NCBI GenBank assembly: GCA_964016885.1
Contig: OZ024744.1
Location: forward strand, 127,906,001 to 127,970,000
From: Eledone cirrhosa
Lineage: Eukaryota
Direction: 5' to 3'
DNA: 64,000 bases
Shown here: piece after piece, positions 36,731 to 48,909 of the stretch
Numbering within the stretch: position 1 is the stretch's first letter
How the letters are laid out: every line of letters begins with the position of its first letter
Translations under genes and position numbers: made by a program
Notes under the pieces: model-generated
Told to the model about the DNA's origin: nothing
Databases searched by the model: none
The model's input: the letters and a program-made list of their open reading frames with translations, nothing else

Positions 36731-38110
36731 GGGTTAAGTTAAGTTGGGGTTGAGTTAATTTGGGGTTAAGTTAAGTTGGGGTTAACTTAAGTTGGGGTTA
36801 AGTTAAGTTGGGGTTAAGTTAAGTTGGGGGTAAGTTAAGTTGGGGGCAAGCTAAGTTGGGGTTCAGTTAAGTTGGGGTTAAGTTAATTTGGGGCTGAGTT
36901 AAGTTGGGGTTAAGTTAAGTTCGGGTTGAGTTAAGTTGGGGTTAAGTTAAGTTGGGGTTAAGTTAAGTTGGGGTTAAGTTAAGTTGGGGTTAAGATAAGT
37001 TGGGGTTAAGTTAAGTTGGGGTTAATTTAAGTTGGGGTTGAGTTAATTTGGGTTTAAGTTAAGTTGGGCTTAACTTAAGTTGGGGTTAAGTTGGGGTTAA
37101 GTTAAGTTGGGGTTAAGTTAAGTTGGGGGTAAGTTAAGTTGGGGGCAAGTTAAGTTGGGGTTAATTTAAGTTGGGGTTAAGTTAAGTTGGGGTTATGTTA
37201 AGTTGGGGTTAATTTAAGTTGGGGTTAAGTTAAGTTGGGGGTAACTTAAGTTGAGGGTAAGTTAAGTTGAGGGTAAGTTAAGTTGAGGGTAAGTTAAGTT
37301 GAGGTTAAGTTAAGTTGGGGTTAAGTTAAGTTGGGGGTAAGTTAAGTTGGGGGTAAGTTAAGTTGGGGTTAAGTTAAGTTGGGGTTAAATTAAGTTGAGG
37401 TTAAGTTAATTTGGGGTTAAGTTAAGTTGGGGTTAAGTTAAGTTGGGGGTAAGATAAGTTGGGGCTAAGTTAAGTTGGGGCTAAGTCAAGTTGGGGTTAA
37501 GTCAAGTTGAGGTTAACTTAAGTTGGGGTTAAGTTAAGTTGGGGTTAAGTTAAGTTGGGGTTAAGGTAAGTTGGGGTTAAGTTAAGTTGGGGCTAAGTTA
37601 AGTTGGGGCTAAGTTAAGTTGGGTCTGAGTTAAGTTGGGGTTAAGTTGCGGTTGAGTTAAGTTGGGGTTAAGTTAAGTTGGGATTAAGTTAAGTTGGGGT
37701 TAAGTTAAGTTCGGGTTGAGTTAAGTTGGGGTTAAGTTAAGTTGGGGTTAATTTAAGTTGGGGTTAAGTTAAGTTGGGGTTAAGATAAGTTGGGGTTAAG
37801 TTAAGTTGGGGTTAAGTTAAGTTGGGGTTGAGTTAATTTGGGGTTAAGTTAAGTTGGGGTTAACTTAAGTTGGGGTTAAGTTAAGTTGGGGTTAAGTTAA
37901 GTTGGGGGTAAGTTAAGTTGGGGGCAAGCTAAGTTGGGGTTCAGTTAAGTTGGGGTTAAGTTAATTTGGGGCTGAGTTAAGTTGGGGTTAAGTTAAGTTC
38001 GGGTTGAGTTAAGTTGGGGTTAAGTTAAGTTGGGGTTAAGTTAAGTTGGGGTTAAGTTAAGTTGGGGTTAAGATAAGTTGGGGTTAAGTTAAGTTGGGGT
38101 TAATTTAAGT
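35900..38110 (+). repeat. 1,078-bp tandem duplication nested in the 13-kb unit (first instance)
   Basis: gggtctgag 36546/37624 and gcaagctaag 36847/37925, offset 1078. Confidence 0.85.
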
Positions 38111-38189
38111 TGGGGTTGAGTTAACTTGGGTTTAAGTTAAGTTGGGCTTAACTTAAGTTGGGGTTAAGTTAAGTTGGGGTTAAGTTAAG

Positions 38190-41100
38190 TTGGGGGTAAG
38201 TTAAGTTGGGGGCAAGTTAAGTTGGGGTTAATTTAAGTTGGGGTTAAGTTAAGTTGGGGTTAAGTTAAGTTGGGGGTAACTTAAGTTGGGGTTAAGTTAA
38301 GTTGAGGGTAAGTTAAGTTGAGGTTAAGTTAAGTTGGGGTTAAGTTAAGTTGGGGGTAAGTTAAGTTGGGGGTAAGTTAAGTTGGGGTTAAGTTAAGTTG
38401 GGGTTAAATTAAGTTGAGGTTAAGTTAATTTGGGGTTAAGTTAAGTTGGGGTTAAGTTAAGTTGGCGGTAAGATAAGTTGGGGCTAAGTTAAGTTGGGGC
38501 TAAGTCAAGTTGGGGTTAAGTCAAGTTGGGGTTAAGTCAAGTTGAGGTTAACTTAAGTTGGGGTTAAGTTAAGTTGGGGTTAAGTTAAGTTGGGGTTAAG
38601 GTAAGTTGGGGTTAAGTTAAGTTGGGGCTAAGTTAAGTTGGGGCTAAGTTAAGTTGGGGCTGAGTTAAGTTGGGGTTAAGTTGGGGTTGAGTTAAGTTGG
38701 GGTTAAGTTAAGTTGGGATTAAGTTAAGTTGGGGTTAAGTTAAGTTCGGGTTGAGTTAAGTTGGGGTTAAGTTAAGTTGGGGTTAATTTAAGTTGGGGTT
38801 AAGTTAAGTTGGGGTTAAGATAAGTTGGGGTTAAGTTAAGTTGGGGTTAAGTTAAGTTGGGGTTTAGTTAATTTGGGGTTAAGTTAAGTTGGGGTTAACT
38901 TAAGTTGGGGTTAAGTTAAGTTGGGGTTAAGTTAAGTTGGGGGTAAGTTAAGTCGGGGTTAAGTTAAGTTGGGGTTAAGTTAAGTTGGGTTTAAGTTAAG
39001 TTGGGGCTAAGTTAAGTTGGGGCTAAGTTAAGTTGGGGCTGAGTTAAGTTGGGGGTAACTTAAGTTGGGTATAAGTTAAGTTGGGGTTAAGTTAAGTTGG
39101 GGTTCAGTTCAGTTGGGGTTAAGTTAAGTTGGGGTTAAGTTAAGCTGGGGTTAAGTTAAGTTGGGGTTAATTTAAGTTGGGGTTAAGTTAAGTTGGGGTT
39201 GAGTTAAGTTGGGGTTGAGTTAAGCTGGGGTTAATTTAAGTTGGGGTTAAGTTAAGTTGGGGTTAAGTTAAGTTGGGGTTAAGTTAAGTTGGGGGTAAGT
39301 TAAGTTGGGGGCAAGTTAAGTTGGGGTTAAGTTAAGTTGGGGTTAAGTTAAGTTGGGGTTAAGTTAAGTTAGGGTTAATTTCAGTTGGGGTTAAGTTAAG
39401 TTGGGGTTAAGTTAAGTTAGGGTTAATTTAAGTTGGGGTTATGTTAAGTTGGGGTTAAGTTAAGTTGGGGTTAAGTTAAGTTGGTGTTAAGTAATGGTTG
39501 GGGTTAAGTTAAGTTGGTGTTAAGTAAAGTTGGGCTTAAGTTAAGTTGGGTTTGAGTTAAGTTGGGGCTAAGTTAAGTTAGGGCTAAGTTAAGTTGGGGT
39601 TAAGTTAAGTTGGGGCTAGGTTAAGTTGGGTCTAAGTTAAGTTGGGGTTAAGTTAAGTTGGGGTTAAGTTCAGTTGGGGTTAAATTAAGTTGGGGTTAAG
39701 TTAAGTTGGCGTTAAGCTAAGTTGGGGTTAAGTTAATTTGCGGTTAAGTTAGGTTGTGGGTTAAGTTAAGTTGGGGGTAAGTTAAGTTGGGGGTAAGTTA
39801 AGTTGGGGTTAATTTAAGTTGGGGTTAAGTTAAGTTGGGGTTAAGTTAAGTTGGGGTTAAGTTAAGTTGGGGTTAAGTTAAGTTGGCGTTAATTTAACTT
39901 GGGGTTAAGTTAAGTTGGGGTTAAGTTAAGTTGGGGTTAAGTTAAGTTGGGGTTAAGTCAAGTTGGGGTTAAGTCAAGTTGGGGTTAAGTCAAGTTGGGG
40001 TTAAGTTAAGTTGGGGTTAAGTTAAGTTGGGGGTAAGTTAAGTTGGGTATAAGTTAAGTTGGGGTTAAGTTAAAATGTGGTTAAGTTCAGTTGGGGTTAA
40101 GTTAAGTTGGGGTTAAGTTAAGTTGGGGGTAAGTTAAGTTGGGGGCAAGTTAAGTTGGGGTTAAGTTAAGTTGGGGTTAAGTTAAGTTGGGGTTAAGTTA
40201 AGTTGGGGTTAAGTTAAGTTAGGGTTAATTTCAGTTGGGGTTATGTTAAGTTGGGGTTAAGTTAAGTTGGGGTTAAGTTAAAGTTGGGGTTAAGTTAAGT
40301 TGGGGTAAAGTTAAGTTAGGGTTAAGTTGAGTTGGGGTTAAGTTAAGTTGGGGTTAAATTAAGTTGGGGTTAAGTTAAGTTGGGGTTAAGGTAAGTTGGG
40401 GTTAAATTAAGTTGGGGTTCAGTTAAGTTGGGGTTAAATTAAGTTGGGGTTAAGTTAAGTTGGGGTTAGTTAAGTTGGGGTTAAGTTAAGTTGGGGTTAA
40501 GTTAAGTTGGGGTTAAGTTAAGTTGGCGTTAAGTTAAGTTGGGGTTAAGTTAAGTTGGGGTTAAATTAAGTTGGGGTTAAGTTAAGTTGGGGTTAACTTA
40601 AGTTGGGGTTGACTTAAGTTGGGGTTAATTTGGGGTTAAGTTAAGTTGGGGTTAAATTAAGTTGGGGGTTAGTTAAGTTGGGGCAAGTTAAGTTGGGGTT
40701 AATTTAAGTTGGGGTTAAGTTAAGTTGGGGTTATGTTAAGTTGGGGTTAAGTTACGTTGGGGTTAAGTTAAGTTGGGGGTAAGTTAAGTTGGGGTTAAGT
40801 TAAGTTGGGGGTAAGTTAAGTTGAGGGTAAGTTAAGTTGGGGTTAAGTTAAGTTGGGGTTAAATTAAGTTGAGGTTAAGTTAAGTTGGGGTTAAGTTAAG
40901 TTGGGGGTAAGATAAGTTGGGGGTAAGATAAGTTGGGGCTAAGTTAAGTTGGGGCTAAGTCAAGTTGGGGTTAATTCAAGTTGAGGTTAACTTAAGTTGG
41001 GGTTAAGTTAAGTTGGGGTTAATTTAAGTTGGGGGTAAGTTAAGTTGGGGGCAAGTTAAGTTGGGGTTAATTTAAGTTGGGGTTAAGTTAAGTTGGGGTT

Positions 41101-44100
41101 AAGTTAAGTTGGGGGTAACTTAAGTTGGGGTTAAGTTAAGTTGAGGGTAAGTTAAGTTGAGGTTAAGTTAAGTTGGGGTTAAGTTAAGTTGGGGGTAAGT
41201 TAAGTTGGGGGTAAGTTAAGTTGGGGTTAAGTTAAGTTGGGGTTAAATTAAGTTGAGGTTAAGTTAATTTGGGGTTAAGTTAAGTTGGGGTTAAGTTAAG
41301 TTGGCGGTAAGATAAGTTGGGGCTAAGTTAAGTTGGGGCTAAGTCAAGTTGGGGTTAAGTCAAGTTGGGGTTAAGTCAAGTTGAGGTTAACTTAAGTTGG
41401 GGTTAAGTTAAGTTGGGGTTAAGTTAAGTTGGGGTTAAGGTAAGTTGGGGTTAAGTTAAGTTGGGGCTAAGTTAAGTTGGGGCTAAGTTAAGTTGGGGCT
41501 GAGTTAAGTTGGGGTTAAGTTGGGGTTGAGTTAAGTTGGGGTTAAGTTAAGTTGGGATTAAGTTAAGTTGGGGTTAAGTTAAGTTCGGGTTGAGTTAAGT
41601 TGGGGTTAAGTTAAGTTGGGGTTAATTTAAGTTGGGGTTAAGTTAAGTTGGGGTTAAGATAAGTTGGGGTTAAGTTAAGTTGGGGTTAAGTTAAGTTGGG
41701 GTTTAGTTAATTTGGGGTTAAGTTAAGTTGGGGTTAACTTAAGTTGGGGTTAAGTTAAGTTGGGGTTAAGTTAAGTTGGGGGTAAGTTAAGTCGGGGTTA
41801 AGTTAAGTTGGGGTTAAGTTAAGTTGGGTTTAAGTTAAGTTGGGGCTAAGTTAAGTTGGGGCTAAGTTAAGTTGGGGCTGAGTTAAGTTGGGGGTAACTT
41901 AAGTTGGGTATAAGTTAAGTTGGGGTTAAGTTAAGTTGGGGTTCAGTTCAGTTGGGGTTAAGTTAAGTTGGGGTTAAGTTAAGCTGGGGTTAAGTTAAGT
42001 TGGGGTTAATTTAAGTTGGGGTTAAGTTAAGTTGGGGTTGAGTTAAGTTGGGGTTGAGTTAAGCTGGGGTTAATTTAAGTTGGGGTTAAGTTAAGTTGGG
42101 GTTAAGTTAAGTTGGGGTTAAGTTAAGTTGGGGGTAAGTTAAGTTGGGGGCAAGTTAAGTTGGGGTTAAGTTAAGTTGGGGTTAAGTTAAGTTGGGGTTA
42201 AGTTAAGTTAGGGTTAATTTCAGTTGGGGTTAAGTTAAGTTGGGGTTAAGTTAAGTTAGGGTTAATTTAAGTTGGGGTTATGTTAAGTTGGGGTTAAGTT
42301 AAGTTGGGGTTAAGTTAAGTTGGTGTTAAGTAATGGTTGGGGTTAAGTTAAGTTGGTGTTAAGTAAAGTTGGGCTTAAGTTAAGTTGGGTTTGAGTTAAG
42401 TTGGGGCTAAGTTAAGTTAGGGCTAAGTTAAGTTGGGGTTAAGTTAAGTTGGGGCTAGGTTAAGTTGGGTCTAAGTTAAGTTGGGGTTAAGTTAAGTTGG
42501 GGTTAAGTTCAGTTGGGGTTAAATTAAGTTGGGGTTAAGTTAAGTTGGCGTTAAGCTAAGTTGGGGTTAAGTTAATTTGCGGTTAAGTTAGGTTGTGGGT
42601 TAAGTTAAGTTGGGGGTAAGTTAAGTTGGGGGTAAGTTAAGTTGGGGTTAATTTAAGTTGGGGTTAAGTTAAGTTGGGGTTAAGTTAAGTTGGGGTTAAG
42701 TTAAGTTGGGGTTAAGTTAAGTTGGGGCTAGGTTAAGTTGGGTCTAAGTTAAGTTGGGGTTAAGTTAAGTTGGGGTTAAGTTCAGTTGGGGTTAAATTAA
42801 GTTGGGGTTAAGTTAAGTTGGCGTTAAGCTAAGTTGGGGTTAAGTTAATTTGCGGTTAAGTTAGGTTGTGGGTTAAGTTAAGTTGGGGGTAAGTTAAGTT
42901 GGGGGTAAGTTAAGTTGGGGTTAATTTAAGTTGGGGTTAAGTTAAGTTGGGGTTAAGTTAAGTTGGGGTTAAGTTAAGTTGGGGTTAAGTTAAGTTGGCG
43001 TTAATTTAACTTGGGGTTAAGTTAAGTTGGGGTTAAGTTAAGTTGGGGTTAAGTTAAGTTGGGGTTAAGTCAAGTTGGGGTTAAGTCAAGTTGGGGTTAA
43101 GTCAAGTTGGGGTTAAGTTAAGTTGGGGTTAAGTTAAGTTGGGGGTAAGTTAAGTTGGGTATAAGTTAAGTTGGGGTTAAGTTAAAATGTGGTTAAGTTC
43201 AGTTGGGGTTAAGTTAAGTTGGGGTTAAGTTAAGTTGGGGGTAAGTTAAGTTGGGGGCAAGTTAAGTTGGGGTTAAGTTAAGTTGGGGTTAAGTTAAGTT
43301 GGGGTTAAGTTAAGTTGGGGTTAAGTTAAGTTAGGGTTAATTTCAGTTGGGGTTATGTTAAGTTGGGGTTAAGTTAAGTTGGGGTTAAGTTAAAGTTGGG
43401 GTTAAGTTAAGTTGGGGTAAAGTTAAGTTAGGGTTAAGTTGAGTTGGGGTTAAGTTAAGTTGGGGTTAAATTAAGTTGGGGTTAAGTTAAGTTGGGGTTA
43501 AGGTAAGTTGGGGTTAAATTAAGTTGGGGTTCAGTTAAGTTGGGGTTAAATTAAGTTGGGGTTAAGTTAAGTTGGGGTTAGTTAAGTTGGGGTTAAGTTA
43601 AGTTGGGGTTAAGTTAAGTTGGGGTTAAGTTAAGTTGGCGTTAAGTTAAGTTGGGGTTAAGTTAAGTTGGGGTTAAATTAAGTTGGGGTTAAGTTAAGTT
43701 GGGGTTAACTTAAGTTGGGGTTGACTTAAGTTGGGGTTAATTTGGGGTTAAGTTAAGTTGGGGTTAAATTAAGTTGGGGGTTAGTTAAGTTGGGGCAAGT
43801 TAAGTTGGGGTTAATTTAAGTTGGGGTTAAGTTAAGTTGGGGTTATGTTAAGTTGGGGTTAAGTTACGTTGGGGTTAAGTTAAGTTGGGGGTAAGTTAAG
43901 TTGGGGTTAAGTTAAGTTGGGGGTAAGTTAAGTTGAGGGTAAGTTAAGTTGGGGTTAAGTTAAGTTGGGGTTAAATTAAGTTGAGGTTAAGTTAAGTTGG
44001 GGTTAAGTTAAGTTGGGGGTAAGATAAGTTGGGGGTAAGATAAGTTGGGGCTAAGTTAAGTTGGGGCTAAGTCAAGTTGGGGTTAATTCAAGTTGAGGTT

Positions 44101-46420
44101 AACTTAAGTTGGGGTTAAGTTAAGTTGGGGTTAATTTAAGTTGGGGGTAAGTTAAGTTGGGGGCAAGTTAAGTTGGGGTTAATTTAAGTTGGGGTTAAGT
44201 TAAGTTGGGGTTAAGTTAAGTTGGGGGTAACTTAAGTTGGGGTTAAGTTAAGTTGAGGGTAAGTTAAGTTGAGGTTAAGTTAAGTTGGGGTTAAGTTAAG
44301 TTGGGGGTAAGTTAAGTTGGGGGTAAGTTAAGTTGGGGTTAAGTTAAGTTGGGGTTAAATTAAGTTGAGGTTAAGTTAATTTGGGGTTAAGTTAAGTTGG
44401 GGTTAAGTTAAGTTGGCGGTAAGATAAGTTGGGGCTAAGTTAAGTTGGGGCTAAGTCAAGTTGGGGTTAAGTCAAGTTGGGGTTAAGTCAAGTTGAGGTT
44501 AACTTAAGTTGGGGTTAAGTTAAGTTGGGGTTAAGTTAAGTTGGGGTTAAGGTAAGTTGGGGTTAAGTTAAGTTGGGGCTAAGTTAAGTTGGGGCTAAGT
44601 TAAGTTGGGGCTGAGTTAAGTTGGGGTTAAGTTGGGGTTGAGTTAAGTTGGGGTTAAGTTAAGTTGGGATTAAGTTAAGTTGGGGTTAAGTTAAGTTCGG
44701 GTTGAGTTAAGTTGGGGTTAAGTTAAGTTGGGGTTAATTTAAGTTGGGGTTAAGTTAAGTTGGGGTTAAGATAAGTTGGGGTTAAGTTAAGTTGGGGTTA
44801 AGTTAAGTTGGGGTTTAGTTAATTTGGGGTTAAGTTAAGTTGGGGTTAACTTAAGTTGGGGTTAAGTTAAGTTGGGGTTAAGTTAAGTTGGGGGTAAGTT
44901 AAGTCGGGGTTAAGTTAAGTTGGGGTTAAGTTAAGTTGGGTTTAAGTTAAGTTGGGGCTAAGTTAAGTTGGGGCTAAGTTAAGTTGGGGCTGAGTTAAGT
45001 TGGGGGTAACTTAAGTTGGGTATAAGTTAAGTTGGGGTTAAGTTAAGTTGGGGTTCAGTTCAGTTGGGGTTAAGTTAAGTTGGGGTTAAGTTAAGCTGGG
45101 GTTAAGTTAAGTTGGGGTTAATTTAAGTTGGGGTTAAGTTAAGTTGGGGTTGAGTTAAGTTGGGGTTGAGTTAAGCTGGGGTTAATTTAAGTTGGGGTTA
45201 AGTTAAGTTGGGGTTAAGTTAAGTTGGGGTTAAGTTAAGTTGGGGGTAAGTTAAGTTGGGGGCAAGTTAAGTTGGGGTTAAGTTAAGTTGGGGTTAAGTT
45301 AAGTTGGGGTTAAGTTAAGTTAGGGTTAATTTCAGTTGGGGTTAAGTTAAGTTGGGGTTAAGTTAAGTTAGGGTTAATTTAAGTTGGGGTTATGTTAAGT
45401 TGGGGTTAAGTTAAGTTGGGGTTAAGTTAAGTTGGTGTTAAGTAATGGTTGGGGTTAAGTTAAGTTGGTGTTAAGTAAAGTTGGGCTTAAGTTAAGTTGG
45501 GTTTGAGTTAAGTTGGGGCTAAGTTAAGTTAGGGCTAAGTTAAGTTGGGGTTAAGTTAAGTTGGGGCTAGGTTAAGTTGGGTCTAAGTTAAGTTGGGGTT
45601 AAGTTAAGTTGGGGTTAAGTTCAGTTGGGGTTAAATTAAGTTGGGGTTAAGTTAAGTTGGCGTTAAGCTAAGTTGGGGTTAAGTTAATTTGCGGTTAAGT
45701 TAGGTTGTGGGTTAAGTTAAGTTGGGGGTAAGTTAAGTTGGGGGTAAGTTAAGTTGGGGTTAATTTAAGTTGGGGTTAAGTTAAGTTGGGGTTAAGTTAA
45801 GTTGGGGTTAAGTTAAGTTGGGGTTAAGTTAAGTTGGCGTTAATTTAACTTGGGGTTAAGTTAAGTTGGGGTTAAGTTAAGTTGGGGTTAAGTTAAGTTG
45901 GGGTTAAGTCAAGTTGGGGTTAAGTCAAGTTGGGGTTAAGTCAAGTTGGGGTTAAGTTAAGTTGGGGTTAAGTTAAGTTGGGGGTAAGTTAAGTTGGGTA
46001 TAAGTTAAGTTGGGGTTAAGTTAAAATGTGGTTAAGTTCAGTTGGGGTTAAGTTAAGTTGGGGTTAAGTTAAGTTGGGGGTAAGTTAAGTTGGGGGCAAG
46101 TTAAGTTGGGGTTAAGTTAAGTTGGGGTTAAGTTAAGTTGGGGTTAAGTTAAGTTGGGGTTAAGTTAAGTTAGGGTTAATTTCAGTTGGGGTTATGTTAA
46201 GTTGGGGTTAAGTTAAGTTGGGGTTAAGTTAAAGTTGGGGTTAAGTTAAGTTGGGGTAAAGTTAAGTTAGGGTTAAGTTGAGTTGGGGTTAAGTTAAGTT
46301 GGGGTTAAATTAAGTTGGGGTTAAGTTAAGTTGGGGTTAAGGTAAGTTGGGGTTAAATTAAGTTGGGGTTCAGTTAAGTTGGGGTTAAATTAAGTTGGGG
46401 TTAAGTTAAGTTGGGGTTAG
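38190..46420 (+). repeat. Triplicated ~2.84-kb higher-order unit (spacings 2839 and 3112 bp)
   Basis: Private markers ggcggtaagat at 38466/41305/44417 and gtaatgg at 39493/42332/45444. Confidence 0.9.
42440..42990 (+). repeat. 273-bp tandem duplication inside the middle 2.84-kb unit
   Basis: The block gctagg...gggtct...ttcag...ggcgttaagct...tttgcgg...ttgtggg occurs twice, with ctagg at 42455 and 42728. This accounts for 3112 = 2839 + 273. Confidence 0.9.
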
Positions 46421-48909
46421 TTAAGTTGCGGTTAAGTTAAGTTGGGGTTAAGTTAAGTTGGGGTTAAGTTAAGTTGGCGTTAAGTTAAGTTGGGGTTAAG
46501 TTAAGTTGGGGTTAAATTAAGTTGGGGTTAAGTTAAGTTGGGGTTAATTTAAGTTGGGGTTAAGTTAAGTTGGGGTTAAGTTAAGTTGGAGTTAAGTCAA
46601 GTTGGGGTTAAGTCAAGTTGCGGTTAAGTCAAGTTGGGGTTAAGTCAAGTTGGGGTTAAGTTAAGTTGGGGTTAAGTTAAGTTGGGGTTAACTTAAGTTG
46701 GGGTTAATTTGGGGTTAAGTTAAGTTGGGGTTAAATTAAGTTGGGGGTTAGTTAAGTTGGGGCAAGTTAAGTTGGGGTTAATTTAAGTTGGGGTTAAGTT
46801 AAGTTGGGTTTATGTTAAGTTGGGGTTAAGTTAAGTTGGGGTTAAGTTAAGTTGGGGGTAAGTTAAGTTGGGGTTAAGTTAAGTTGGGGGTAAGTTAAGT
46901 TGAGGGTAAGTTAAGTTGGGGTTAAGTTAAGTTGGGGTTAAATTAAGTTGAGGTTAAGTTAAGTTGGGGTTAAGTTAAGTTGGGGGTAAGATAAGTTGGG
47001 GGTAAGATAAGTTGGGGCTAAGTTAAGTTGTGGCTAAGTCAAGTTGGGGTTAATTCAAGTTGAGGTTAACTTAAGTTGGGGTTAAGTTAAGTTGGGGTTA
47101 ATTTAAGTTGGGGTTAAGTTAAGTTGGGGTTAAGATAAGTTAGGGTTAAGTTAAGTTGGGGTTAAGTTAAGTTGGGGTTGAGTTAATTTGGGGTTAAGTT
47201 AAGTTGGGGTTAACTTAAGTTGGGGTTAATTTAAGTTGGGGTTGAGTTAAGTTCGGGTTAAGTTAAGTTCGGGTTGAGTTAAGTTGGGGTTAAGTTAAGT
47301 TGGGGTTAAGTTAAGTTGGGGTTAAGTTAAGTTGGGGTTAAGATAAGTTGGGGTTAAGTTAAGTTGGGGTTAATTTAAGTTGGGGTTGAGTTAATTTGGG
47401 TTTAAGTTAAGTTGGGCTTAACTTAAGTTGGGGTTAAGTTGGGGTTAAGTTAAGTTGGGGTTAAGTTAAGTTGGGGTTAAGTTAAGTTGGGGGTAAGTTA
47501 AGTTGGGGGCAAGTTAAGTTGGGGTTAATTTAAGTTGGGGTTAAGTTAAGTTGGGGTTATGTTAAGTTGGGGTTAATTTAAGTTGGGGTTAAGTTAAGTT
47601 GGGGGTAACTTAAGTTGAGGGTAAGTTAAGTTGAGGGTAAGTTAAGTTGAGGGTAAGTTAAGTTGAGGTTAAGTTAAGTTGGGGTTAAGTTAAGTTGGGG
47701 GTAAGTTAAGTTGGGGGTAAGTTAAGTTGGGGTTAAGTTAAGTTGGGGTTAAATTAAGTTGAGGTTAAGTTAATTTGGGGTTAAGTTAAGTTGGGGTTAA
47801 GTTAAGTTGGGGGTAAGATAAGTTGGGGCTAAGTTAAGTTGGGGCTAAGTCAAGTTGGGGTTAAGTCAAGTTGAGGTTAACTTAAGTTGGGGTTAAGTTA
47901 AGTTGGGGTTAAGTTAAGTTGGGGTTAAGGTAAGTTGGGGTTAAGTTAAGTTGGGGCTAAGTTAAGTTGGGGCTAAGTTAAGTTGGGGCTGAGTTAAGTT
48001 GGGGTTAAGTTGGGGTTGAGTTAAGTTGGGGTTAAGTTAAGTTGGGATTAAGTTAAGTTGGGGTTAAGTTAAGTTCGGGTTGAGTTAAGTTGGGGTTAAG
48101 TTAAGTTGGGGTTAATTTAAGTTGGGGTTAAGTTAAGTTGGGGTTAAGATAAGTTGGGGTTAAGTTAAGTTGGGGTTAGGTTAAGTTGGGGTTGAGTTAA
48201 TTTGGGGTTAAGTTAAGTTGGGGTTAACTTAAGTTGGGGTTAAGTTAAGTTGGGGTTAAGTTAAGTTGGGGGTAAGTTAAGTTGGGGGCAAGTTGAGTTG
48301 GGGTTAAGTTAAGTTGGGGTTAAGTTAAGGTGGGGGTAAGTTAAGTTGGGGGTAAGTTAAGTTGGGGTTAAGTTAAGTTGGGGTTAAGTTAAGTTGGGTT
48401 TAAGTTAAGTTGGGGCTAAGTCTAGTTGGGGCTAAGTTAAGTTGGGGCTGAGTTAAGTTGGGGTTAAGTTAAGTTGGGGTTGAGTTAAGTTGGGGTTAAC
48501 TTAAGTTGGGGTTAAGTTGGGGTTAAGTTAAGTTGGGGTTAAATTAAGTTGGGGGTTAGTTAAGTTGCGGCAAGTTAAGTTGGGGTTAATTTAAGTTGGG
48601 GTTAAGTTAAGTTGGGGTTATGTTAAGTTGGGGTTAAGTTAAGTTGGGGTTAAGTTAAGTTGGGGGTAAGTTAATTTGGGGCTGAGTTAAGATAGGGTTA
48701 AGTTAAGTTCGGGTTGAGTTAAGTTGGGGTTAAGTTAAGTTGGGGTTAAGTTAAGTTGGGATTAAGTTAAGTTGGGGTTAAGATAAGTTGGGGTTAAGTT
48801 AAGTTGGGGTTAATTTAAGTTGGGGTTGAGTTAAGTTCGGGTTAAGTTAAGTTCGGGTTGAGTTAAGTTGGGGTTAAGTTAAGTTGGGGTTAAGTTAAGT
48901 TGGGGTTAA

